64,000 nucleotides of DNA from Auanema rhodensis (lineage: Eukaryota > Animalia > Nematoda), in NCBI GenBank assembly GCA_964057225.1, contig OZ059898.1, positions 7,068,001-7,132,000 on the forward strand, written 5' to 3'. The notes under the pieces were generated by a model, which was given only the letters and a program-made list of their open reading frames with translations, was not told the origin of the DNA and ran no database searches. Made by a program: the position numbers and the translations under genes. Shown here one piece after another: positions 29,501 to 43,200 of this stretch (positions are counted from its first letter, which is position 1; each line of letters starts with the position of its first letter).

Positions 29501-30372
29501 ATACTAATAGTTTATATCTAAAATCAAAAAAAAAACGTTGACATGCTAGTTAATCATATTATTTTGTATTATCAACATAACTAAATGATGATTCATCTTT
29601 TATATTTTTGCAAAGAAAAAATCAAAACTCTTATCCAAAAACGTAAAGAATGTATTCTAATATCAAACGATAATTATTTGGTTTATATATTATATATATA
29701 TATATATAAATATTATATTAAACATACTTGAAATACTTCCAACTTATTCTGATCTTTCTTAATAGTTGCTTCCATAGTAAAATGATATGCTGCTGCACTG
29801 TGTGCTTCACGTTTAGCTGATTTCAGAACTGGTAACAATCTAAAAATAAATATAAATAACTCTAAATATATTATAAATATAAAAAAAAATTAAAATTTTA
29901 CATTTATTCCTATTTCAATTATTGTAAATATAGAAGTTTTTGAATTTTATAGAACATTATTAATTTATTTTACATGTCATTCTTCTCCACATTTACATAT
30001 TAATTCTTAAAATGTTTCACGCAAGTTTCACGTGCATCTTAGCTTTAAAAGCTTTGAAACAGGCTTCTATAAGCTTTTATTCAAGTTTTAAGTTGTATCA
30101 TAGACTGTGTAGCTTGGCCTACAGATAATTAGATTGGAGACTAAAGTTTGTTCTTGTCTCCTCATCTCTTCATTTGTCATTCATCTTAACTATACTATAT
30201 GTATAGTTTATGATAACACAGAATTATCACTAATTATTCATAATTTGAAACATTTTCCGATCAAATAATATATTGGATAGAGACACTTGAAAATGAACAG
30301 ATAATCAGAGAATCAATCATGATAGCTTCAATAATTCTGTTAATTCTATTGTCTCTCTTTCCTTCTCTCTCT

Positions 30373-30413
<41 letters not shown>

Positions 30414-30851
30414 TCTCTCTAGCTCTCTCTCTCTCTCTTTTTACCACTCATCTATCTAGCTTTGTTTTGTCTCAAATAAACTTTCGAAATATTCCATATC
30501 ATGCTTCTTCTTCATATCTTTTCTCCTTTTTTTTGATTTCTGTTTTCCCAAGAAAAAATAAAAAAATATAAAGATATGAACACACATTAAGATATATCTA
30601 TATGTTGTGCAATATGTATCTTTAATCATAAAAAGTAGAACATATGTATAAAAAGAAGGGAAACACCCATGATTACATGTCACCCAAAAACATTTATGAG
30701 ATTTCTTTACAGTTTAATAGCCTGTAATTGAATGAATCCAATATACAAAAATAATAACTGAGAACTATATAGAATACAAGTATAGTTCATAGCATAAATA
30801 ATAAATTATAATTATGTATATGATCCTCTTTCATTTGCTTTCTCCGTCTTC

Positions 30852-30914
<63 letters not shown>

Positions 30915-33900
30915 TTTCTCTTCTATTCTCTCACTCCTTCTTTGTTACAGACGTACACTCTTAGTTAACAATGAACCAGATTTTATACATAATAAAATTA
31001 AATTTTACGGAGATCATATTATCAACTTATCATCTTTCGATTTTTTCCTTTGATCTATCTATTACAAGATGAATTATAAATAGAACTAAGGGAAATCAAA
31101 CTTATAAGAGAAAAAGCTGAAATACCTTTGAAGCCATTCTTTAGGCTCTCCTTGTGAGTGCTTATAATGATTTTCAGCGAACGAAGCTGGTGGATGTGAG
31201 GTTAGAAATGGTTCAACAAGAGCTAGAGTATCCGTACAGTTTAAGGCCAGGCCGATTTCCTAAAAATAAATAAATAATATATTTTGACAAATAATGATAT
31301 AATATAACTATAATTTGTATTAAAGTTGTATTTTCTTGTATTCATCTTTACAGTATTCCAAAAATAAGATAAAACTTCAACATTTTTGTTATGAAAATAT
31401 TTGAAGTTTAATGATAAGATGATATTTTTATGTTATAAATCTTAGATATTAATATATTTTATAAAACTATATATAAAGTATCTAAAACATTATTATATAA
31501 TAATAATAATTATACGTTATACATTAAAAATATAATATTTCAAATATTATATTAAAAAGCTACGTGAAAATGTGAATATTAATTTGAAATGACCTATGAT
31601 GATTCAGTTTATAATATAAATATGTATATCATATATGTAATTACATGACTGAAACAATCTTTAAACTTTTTAGTGAGTCAAGTACATGATTTGATCGTTT
31701 GTTGATCTTTTCAGACCAAAAAGATATAAAATGCATTTGATGTGTAGTGTTTTCCTTTCTCTTTTCACTTCTCTATCTGTTTCAGTAGAAGAACTGACAA
31801 AGCTTTGTAAGTATAAAGATATATGGATATGTTGATTTAACTATATTCATATAAATTTAAAAAAAATTATGAATATTATAATATACATATATAGTATATC
31901 ATAAAGAATATAGCATAATAACATATCGTTATCCTTTTTATTAAAATATTTCAATTCATTTTAAACATTAAATTTGAAAAACGTGGTCCGAAAGTATTTT
32001 TATAATAACAAAACTAGATTATCGTACCTTTGCACTGGCAACAACACAAATGGCTAAACAGGCATAATATCGGGTGAGCTCATCAGCTTGTGTCGCAAGC
32101 AGGAAAAGCCATTCCGGAACCTAAAATATTTAAGAAATGATAATTGGAAATGATGATTCATTCTTTAAATATTAAAGAGCATTTTAATCAGTCTTTTAAA
32201 ATCAAAACTATATATAGTATATAACTATATAGTAATTAAATAATATTTGATAAATATACCTTTTTAGATATAATTTTCTTTTTTCCTTCACTACATGAAT
32301 AAAGACATAAATTACATAAAGCTAAGGCAGCATGACGTAGTGTGATTGGGGTATCCTTTTCACGTTTACATGTTAACAATATATGATCAAGAACTCCATA
32401 TTCAATTAAACTAAAAGAATTATATATATATTTATTATATAAATTATAAAATACTTACGTTAATGATGTGCTATTTGCATGTTTCAGCATTTTTTCCATA
32501 ATGCTTAAACTCATTCGTTGCTGTTCTCCATTCTTATTAAGCTTCATGGCCATTCCAACAAGCTTTTTAAGCCAACCCTATAATAATCATATCATAGGTT
32601 TTATAACATTTTTATAAATTTATTCAAACTAACCTTATTAACTATATATTCACGATTATTAAGTAACATGCACTCTTCTAATACACGTCCTGCAGCTAAT
32701 CTTACTGAAATATAATATTAATAATTAAACAAAAATAAAAATAATAATAAAGAATTACCTGATTCAGTAGTGGTTTGAGAAAAAAAAAGTTTAACCAAAT
32801 TATCAAGATATGTTTGATCGCGTAAATAGTCACATAAGGCTGTAGATAAATCATGTGAAACTTTAGCAGTATTCCATGCTTTTGTCATAACTTTAGCTAC
32901 TATAGTACATCCCTATAATTAAAATTATTAAAATAAATATATAATTATATGAAATAATAACCTCAACTACTTGTTCATCAAGATCAGTTATTATCAAAGT
33001 AAAAGCTTTATCAATAAATGATTGATATTTACTAAGTTTTGTTTTAAGTGTGTGCATATTGAAGACTTGCTCTGTATTTGATTGCTTGGATATTGGTCCG
33101 CCATTTACTACAGAATCTTGCTAAAAAAAGAATATTGATTATAATAAAAATAAATATTTAAATAAAAAATAATTATTTTAATTTTCATTATATCATCTTT
33201 TCAAATTACATAGCCATATTTGATATTTATGTTTGAATAATAGACGAGATGAAGATGATGAGCATATATTAGCTAGAGAATACCTGTGTAAGACGTCGAT
33301 GAAGATTTGTCATTTCGATGCCACAAGCACAGAATATAGATCGAGCATAAGAAACGAAACTATTAGAATTATCGACAGCGAGAACTTCAGATGAGATTGA
33401 ATTTAACAATCCCATCGACATACAATCAGGTGAACTTATGAGGAATGACGCATAAAGTAATCTTCATCATCATCTCTTTTATTATTATTTCACTCATTTT
33501 TTAAAAAAATATTTCAGACCAGCATTGTGGTTCTCGATAAAAAAATATTTGAACTACTAGAGAGATAGAGATGTCGATAGAGGTATATGCTAAGTCATCA
33601 TACAGAAATAACTCAAATAGAGAGATCATCATGAAAATGAATATACAACATCCCAATCGGATAGAACTGAATGAACTCAATCTAGAGAGTGCTTGTAAGG
33701 TAGAGTGATGAGATTTAAACTGGAATCTACAGTACACCCATTTTGTGACAATTCTGTTTCAAACTACGTGACATTCATGCTGATGTAATCGAATTGAACT
33801 GTAGTTCTAATCATTATACATATATTAATTATCCTAATATATGTTTCAATAAGAAATCTCTCAAAATTAAATGAATATCATAGTACATTAAAGGTTATTT

Positions 33901-36900
33901 TATTATAAGTTTTGAAAAGATTATATTAAAAACTTATTTATACTTTTAATATTATATAGTATAAGAAAACTTCTTCAAAAAAAGAAAAAAAAGTATATTA
34001 TACTTTATATGAATATATCCCTTAATACAATATAATTGTAGAAAAAATTTACATTTTTTTTCAAATTATATATTATTTTATAATTTTATATTATTTATTT
34101 AATAAAATATAAATTATAAAAATTGCTTTTCATCACTCACATAAACTTTTTGGCTATATGTCTAATTTTGAAACAAACTATTTAGTTATATATATATATA
34201 TATTATATAAAATATAATATAATATTATATATTTTATAGATAAATAATTATTGTTATATGTATATCTTTCCCAATTTAGAATATAATGTAATGGTCACAG
34301 CGTACCTGAATCAGATTGAAGCGATGAGGTGGTGATGATCGATCAGCTATGGGTGATAATTCTCCATCCATGTCCATTTCCGGACCAGCTGGTAAACTTC
34401 CGGCAGCAGAACCTTCAGACTGAAATTTAAAAAAATACATATATGTATTATTATTATATGTAATCATAATAATAATTAGAAGAAAAAGAATTTGGTTCAA
34501 ATAAAAGAAGAATTAATCTTCCGGATATTTTGATTAATACTTCTCATTGTGTATCATATTATCATTTCTCATCAATTATTTTTTTTTGTTCAATATAAAG
34601 ACTATTTCTTTTGAATTATTTTTCCAATAATCATTTTGTTGTTTCAGATTCTAAATATATTTCAGATGTGACGTCAGCGAATAGCTAATAATCCGTATTA
34701 AGTAACGATTAATATTGAATTATTGAACTTCAATATTATAACTATCATAACTATTAAATAAAAATAATTGAGGGAAAAAATTCGATATGAAAAGATTTGT
34801 TTTAAATGAAAAATAGGTAATAAGAAATTAAAGTTGAAACATGCAGCTTACTTTGAAACGACGATATTCAGATTCCTTCCTTTGAGCCATCGCCTCTTGA
34901 GGATTTGGTGTAGAAAGAGATTGTTGAAGACTTCTCTCACTAGCTCCCTATAAATAAAATAAATATAATATTTAATAATAATAAAGAAAACTTTTTTTTT
35001 TCTTTTTTTTAACAATTAAACGAGAAAAAAAAATTTTTCATTCATATTAAAATTTTAAAATGATAGATGATCTCGTTAGTAGTGGTAGTAGTACTAACGA
35101 ATTTTCTAATTCACACACTAAAACACTAATTCATTTCACGAAGATGAACGTAAAAGTTGATTCAAAATCAGAAGAAAGTATTAAAGTAATTTGGATAATC
35201 AAATTAGTTTTTGATAAATGATGTCATATGTTCAAGTATCATAGAAAACAGTAACGAAAGAACATTAAATATGAAAATAACAAAGAAAGATAGGAAATTG
35301 TATGAATAATAAAGAAAATAATATAGTTAAATAGAGTTACATCTATAAGTAAAACGTTGACTATGTAAGCATAGTTTCTCAAAATCATTCAATGATTTGG
35401 ACATTTGTTTGCCTTACATGTAACTTTGGTACGAGATTCGTCAGTTTTATGCGCAAGAATTTCGCAATGAATACGAAAATCAAGAGGAGAACCTATTTCT
35501 CTTTTTTTTTCTCAAAAAACGAAGTTCTTTGTTTTTTTCTGGGAGCTAAGACAGCTTATACTGAAAGGTTATTCATCTTTTCAAATTCCATTCGATTAAG
35601 CTTAGCTTCAGCAAGTCTACAACGCCCATGCATCCCTTTTCACTTCCCTCAGGTTATCGGATGCCCCGAGGGTTTCATTAAGCTATGGAACAGATTTTAC
35701 TAAATAGATTTTCTATTTTCAGCTAATGAGCTTGGTTTTCATTTCAACATCAGTAAACATTTGGTTAGATACATTTTAAAAAAAATTGAAAGAAAAGTTT
35801 TGGAGCATAAAATAGACTACGAATGTAAAATGAGGAAACTTTCTTCTCATTAATACAAAGAAAAAAGTTTGAGAAAAGAAAAAAACTTTTAGAAACGGAA
35901 AGAGACCTCGAAAAAGCCTCCGGAAATTTTAGGAAACCATTTAAGGATGTGAAATGAAGGCTCTTAAATTTCTATCTCAAATTTCATTATTTTTAGATTA
36001 TTATAAAATAAAATAAAAATATTATATGTTTAGATAATTTTTCAAAAATATACTTGCTAATTAGTGATATGCAAATTGAGATATTTCTTTAATAAATTAT
36101 ATAATTAACTAACCAATCCTGTTTTTCCATTATAATTTCCAAAAGAGCTTTCTTCATTTTTTCCATATTCAGGTCGAATTTCATCTGGTTTCAGAAGTGA
36201 TTCGTGTCGAAAAATCAGTGGAGTTCCGCCATTTGATGATGGTGTAGCTTCATTAGTAATGTGATTATTTGTTCCATTATACTATATTAATAAGAAATTA
36301 ATATAATAAAATTAGAAAAAAAGCTATAAATGTACATACCTGAGGATAAGGTGGAGCACTTTTTGGAGGTATTGGAGGCAGTGTTATTGCAGGAGTCCGA
36401 AGGCTATTTGGAGTCATAATTGATGTTGAATCTTCAGAACATTCATCATCATCTAACTCCAACCATAGATCATCAGTTCTAAATAAAATATTAAAATGAA
36501 GATTCAATTCAGATTTATTATATATTTTTTTTAAATTAAAAAAAAATTATTTTTTTCTATTATGAAAAACTGGCAAATATTCTTTCACCTTATTCCCAAT
36601 AATTTTTTTCTTATTCTTCAGATTTCATTGAATAATTTGTAGAAAAATTAAAATTTTCATTTTTATTTGTATCTTGAATGAAATTGTTAATATAACTATG
36701 TATGTATATCTATATGAATATCTACTTTATACTATACATTTGACACCTACAAATAGTTAATTTAACTTTTATCTATATATATATATATATATATATAAGT
36801 TAGAATATATAATTAGTTCAATGCTTCATTTTCTATTATAAAAATTTATAAAAAATTTATTTTTTTTTTGTTAAAATTAGAAGAGACTTCAGGGTATTTT

Positions 36901-37208
36901 TATTCTTTCTTTCTCATTTTCTTGTTTCATATATTGAGATGAACTAAAAGAAATGAAATATATAGATGTATGTGCTTATATGTGAAAGAAGCAATTAGAA
37001 TCTGAATGATGACAAAAAGAAAAAGAGAAAGACAAGAGAGAAAACCAAGAGAGAAAGAGAGAGAGGGGGGAGAGAGAGAGGAAGAGAAGACATATACATA
37101 TAGTATAGATATGTTAATTATGCCAAAAAATATTATAAAATCCAAAATTTTAGTTAATTTATATATTAAAAAAATGATATAAAATATTAATAAGAATAAA
37201 TGTATTAG

Positions 37209-37266
<58 letters not shown>

Positions 37267-40200
37267 AAAGAGAGAGGTATGTAATTAATTTAAAAAATAA
37301 ATGAATGATAAACTAAAATGATATCAATACAAGATTATAAAATAAAAATAAACAAATAGAATTCTATTAATCTGAAGAATAAAAATATTATAGAAATATA
37401 TTCAAACCTGATGATAAGATTGTGAATATTCTTGGATCTCATTTGAGGCAATTCTTCGATCTGAGAATTAGTTGTAGACATTTCGTTTTAAAAATTCCAA
37501 GACTTATAAGAATAACAGAATAAATGAAAAAATAGCAAATGAATGAAGGTTGATGTTCAGAAGGAAAAAAAGGGAATCGTGATCGTCTGATTCTAACACG
37601 AAAGAATCGAAGCTATAGAATGACTTACTAGCATGGACATGCGGTCTTACGCCTTTCAAGCAGAATATTCTCAAAGGGTAAGTGGAGAATGAAGAGACTG
37701 AGAAATAAAAGAAATGAGTCGAATAGAAATAGATGAAATAGGAGAAATATATAAGTAAAGATGCTCATCTTATCTTATAGATTATAGTTAACATGATATA
37801 TTGATTTAAAAAAAAAAGAAAAATGTTGAGTAAAGAATTGAAAATTATCTTTTCATGTTATCTAACTATAGTTGTATACGTTTTGCAGTTTCTTTAAAAT
37901 AAAATGTAATTATGTAATTAAATATTTTTTTCTTTTTAGACATATAGTTAAGGATATTTGTAAAATATATGTATCTTCTTTGTATATATTTTACAATACA
38001 TAGTATATATATACTATGTATGACGTCTGAATAAAATAAAAAAAAAAAAGAAGAAAAATCTAATTCAAAATAGAAGTAAGGTTGAAAATAGAAATGCAAC
38101 TGAGTACTATATTCGCAAATGAAAATAATCAGTAAAGGTCAATTACGTGGATGTTACGTGAAAACATGAAGCATATAATTGAAAATCTTTTTGAATTTCA
38201 GTTACAAAAGCATTTTTGCTACCTTAATGTAGTCGATAATATGTATTTTCATAATGAATAACTACATTTGAATTAACTTAAACAAAAAAAAAGAAGGAGA
38301 TAATTTAAAAAAACAATATATATTATACTATATGTATAGAGAATGTATTGAAATTTTTAAAATATTGTATATTTTATCATTTACTATTGACAATAAGTTA
38401 AAAAAACATCAAATTAACTAGAATTTTTAGATAAATAGTTCTGAAATATAAAAGAATGAACAGAAGGAAACGAAATACTCGACGAGAATGAGTCATTCTT
38501 ATACAACTCAGACAATCAAATACATCATACACTTGAGTTGAAAAATTCTAAAGATATCTATTCATATATTATTCAAAAAATATTTTAAATTATTTAAAAT
38601 AAAATATTTAAATAAATAATCAATTGATTATAATTTTGATAAATAAAAATAATTATGTGTATACATAATTTATTTTTAAAAAAAACGTGAAAAATGTTTT
38701 AGTTAAAAATGAAGTTTTGCCACTAAAAATGCCTATAAGCCGTGATGTGATCAAAAGGAATATGCAAAATTGTCAACTACAAACTATATCATATAAATAT
38801 ATATGATATAGTTAATAATACAGACTACTAAATAAATGAAGTTGATAACGACCATCGAACTCCACATACACGAGTAGAATGAAAAAGGTTAATGAGGCGG
38901 ACAGTTTACAACAACAATTTGTCGTATGAGTTAACAAGAAGTATTTACGTCAATTTTGCAAAAAAATTGAGATGAAAACCAAAAAGATATATACAAACTT
39001 AGAAAACGAGAGAGAAATAGAGAGAGAGTTAAGAAAACAATGAGACTATAGAACAGATTATTGAAGGTTTAAAGCAAGAAAGTATAGTTTGTTGAATCAA
39101 AAGATCAGAATGAGTAAGAATCAAGCAAAAAATTCAAAAGTAAACTACATAGAATGAAGCAGCACAGAAACAAGAAAACTTCTATATTTCAGCAAATGGT
39201 AATCTGTGTCGTCGATTTGTTATAACTAACTGTAATGAGTCAACAAGAGTTTTCAGTGGCAAACAATCTACAAAAGCAGGAAAAGATGAATCTTAACCTT
39301 CTTTTTTTATTTTTTTTTTCAATCAAAATGATTCAATGATTTAGTGATGAAACGAACATTTCTATTATTTAATTGAATAGAAATTACATGTATGACAAAG
39401 TAATTAGGTTTCTTTAAATGCTTGTTAATCACTAAATCTAAGTAAAAAGTATATAAATTAACTATATGTTCAAATATACATAAGAAGTCAATTCTTTTAC
39501 TTCTTGATCATTTGCTTATCTTTGCTCCGAATAGTTTGTAGATTCAATACAAACTATGACAAGTTGAAGGTTTGACAGATCATAGTTAACTATTTTTTGT
39601 TATATAAAATGAACGGAAAGAAAAAAAGGAAATGTAAAGAATTTAGACAAAAATTTGAATAAACATTATAAAATATTTTATAAATAAAATAATTTTATGG
39701 GTAACTTGTTGAACAAAAACCAAAAATATTATATAAATAAATATATACTTTGATAAAAAGGTTTATATATTATTGAAAATTTTAAAAAATATTCATAATT
39801 GGGGAAACAAGGTATGAATAATGAATAAAATTATTATTTTTAGATAAAAAAAAACAAAATAAATTCTCATAAATATATAGTATATTGAGTATATGATAAG
39901 CGTTTTAACATATAATATTATATACTAAAAATAAATTATTTATTATAACAAATTGAACTATGCTTTAAGGATGAATTGATTAAAAACCTTATTATAAGTA
40001 AATAGAGAAAGAGTAAAAGAATGAGAAAATCCGAAAAGAAAAAAAAACCGAAATTCAAATTGAATGAAGAAATTTCAAATTCAAATAATTAAAGTTTGCA
40101 ATTTTATTGAAAAGAATTGCATTAAACTGCTAATCTCTCACTAACCATTTGGCACAAAAATCGTTTGCAAATTCTTTTTTTTTTCAATGAAAAAGGTTAA

Positions 40201-43200
40201 AAACAACACAAAAAATGTTTATTTTCAATTATATATGAAATTGTCTTGTGAAGATGAACAAAAGGAGTTTCAATTTGATGTTTACTTAGGATTGTCTAAC
40301 TAAAATCATTTAGAGATCAATATGTGTATACATAGTATTTGAGTCATTTAAGAGAATTTTAAAAGAAATTTTTCTTGTTTTGTATCAAAATCTCATTTAA
40401 CTATGCATATAATTAATGAATCACATATATTATATTTAATAGAACTAACCTTGTTTGAACAAAAATATCTATATATGAACTCATGATGAGAAAGAATTGT
40501 GCAAGTTGGAATAGTAATAGATATGAAAAATAGTTAAACTAATCTTATACTACATAATAAAGAATAGATTAGTCCATATACAAGCTAGATTTAAAACTAA
40601 AACTTCTTATAAGAATAGAATAAGATTGAAATATGACCAAAATATAAAATATTACAAAGTTTAAGAAAAAGAATTCGAAAATTTTATGAAATTTTTGTTA
40701 AGTTTTAGCAAAAATAACAAAATGAACACAGAATTTTAGGGATTAAGAAGAAGAAAATCAGTTTCAGAATATTAGGCAAGGATTATAGAAAGGATAAAAA
40801 TAATATAAGAAATATAATATTATAAGGAAGAATAAAAAAAAATGAAAAATGACAAGTTGCAAGTTGCAAGTGAAGTAACTAAAGTCAATATTTAGAAGTT
40901 GCAAGATAGTTATTGAATTACTTTGTACAAGCAAATAGTTTTCGAATAGATTTCAAAGGAAGATAATGAAAAATTTTGATTGCAATGATAGCAACAGGTT
41001 ATTTCTCAGGACATAAACATGAAAAAGGAACAATAAGCTCAAATGAGAAATTGAAACAATGAGTCAAAATGATGAATAGTTAATTATAATTAAAATAGTA
41101 AAAATATTATTATATAATATAATAAAATTAATTATTTTAAATATATATGAATCTTTTTACTAAAGATTTTTGTTAAGGATAATAAGATAATTCTATGATT
41201 TAACGGAAAATCAATTGAAAATGTTATGACTCTTGTATATAACTTGATAACTAGTTTTTTTCAAAAGGGAAAAATATATAAAAAGCATTTATATTAACCA
41301 AATAATCAACTTACTCTTGAATTTTATGTAAGCATTGAAGAACTTTTTCTTGAAAAGGCGAATGTTGAGTTGGTGACTGTGCTTTCAAATTCGCTTTATA
41401 AGATAAAAAATGTGAAGATGAAGAGGACATCTCTTGTTCATTGAAAGTCATATTCAAACAATTTGGTCTTTCAATTATTTTGAAGATATCATCTGTTGCA
41501 GACGTTTCACCTGCATCTGAAGGTGATGTGCTACAGGCCACGCTTGACATATCAGCCAACGAAGATGGATCGTCAGATGTGGATGATTCAGCGGGAACAA
41601 ACTCAAATTCTGATAATCCATTATGTTGAAGACTATTGAATACTGTGCCTAATTTTCGACGAGATTGATAATCGTAATCTTCATGGCCCAACTCAATCTT
41701 ATGACACTCCGCTGGAGAAGGCATTCTCTTCTAATATGATATCAATTAAGAATTATTTCAATATTTTCAATTAATAAAATGAATATTGAGATTCAAAATG
41801 TGAGAAAATATTTGTAAAATCAGTTCTAAAGATTTGATAAAACAACAAAAAAATTGAAAATAAAACACATAAATGATCAATTTTCTTGTAAAGAGCAAAA
41901 CTTTTATTATCATGTGTAAATAAAAAAATAAATAATAATTGATAGCCAGATAAGGTATGATAAACTATATATTGATACTCGCTCACTCAATCAACTCAAA
42001 CATGAAGTAACATACGAATGTCGTATTCTGAATCTTGAGCACAACCTTACGCTATTTGCTCGATCGATTATCGAATTGAACTCGAAAATTGTCGATATAT
42101 GTATGTATGTGAATAAGAAAAAATCTTTTCTTATCAATGAAACCTTTGAAATTCTCTATCAAAATTGAGGAATTTTCAATTTATGATACATATTCACATG
42201 ATTACTTTCTTTTTTTTTAAATTTTAACTATTATAATATCATATGTGAAATATAATGTTTGAAAAACGAAAAAAAAATTAAAACTCTTGTTGCTTTTTGA
42301 GCGAAAAACTTTTTTTTTGCAAATTAAAAGGTCAATTTTCGAACAGCATGATAAAACCTAATACACAGGTTGTGGCGCGACCTCAACTTGTTTCGTTAAA
42401 ATCAAAAATTACGATTCTTAATACATTGAAAGAGGATGACGCCATTTACGGTGGAAATCAAATTTTTACGAACACATAAGCACTTAGATTGTGATAAATT
42501 TGATTTTATTGAATTAAAAATGATTGAAGGAAACGCTTTCAGTTTTTCTCATTTTTAAAATCCATTTTATAAAGAGCCCATGTGTGTCTGCTTATCAAAT
42601 CTTTTACTTTCTCTCGTTATAAGCTTTAATATTATAAAAATCATTATAGAATAATTAAAAAATTTTTTTTGTTTCAATTTAGATTAAAAACTTTAATTCA
42701 ACTTAATGAGATGAGTAAAATATGAGATAAATACTTGAAAATGATAAACAAATAGAAAAATATGTATCAACCTGATCTGAACTACTGAATATGGGAATTG
42801 CAAGCTTTTTAAAAAAAAAGAAAATGTTTGATCAAAATTATTTTCAATTAGACAGGAAAGAAGAGAAAGAAAAATAGAGAGAGAAGGAAGGAAAGAGAGA
42901 GAGAGAAAGAGACAATAGCCTTCAGATTGTCATTATAGACTTGATATTAATCTTATCAGTGTGATCAGTATACAACTAAACATCGTGAAGGTAATAGAAA
43001 TATGAAACTAAAGATGAGAAATGATGGATTTCAAATAATTGAAAACATGAGAATTTTTGAGTGAAATAACAACAACAGCTATATGAACTATGAAATGCCT
43101 TGTTTGAAAGAAGTTGAAAGAGTGTGAGATACAAATATTTAATTCTGATAACATGTAGACCTCACGACTCGATAAAGACTCATACCGGCTGCTGTCGGAT

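Noticed and set aside
35418-35492. 75-nt in-frame minus-strand segment ([25 protein letters not shown]) with a GTAAGG donor that could be a tir-1 cassette exon
   Set aside because: The acceptor context is purine-rich with no T-tract; insufficient support without RNA data.
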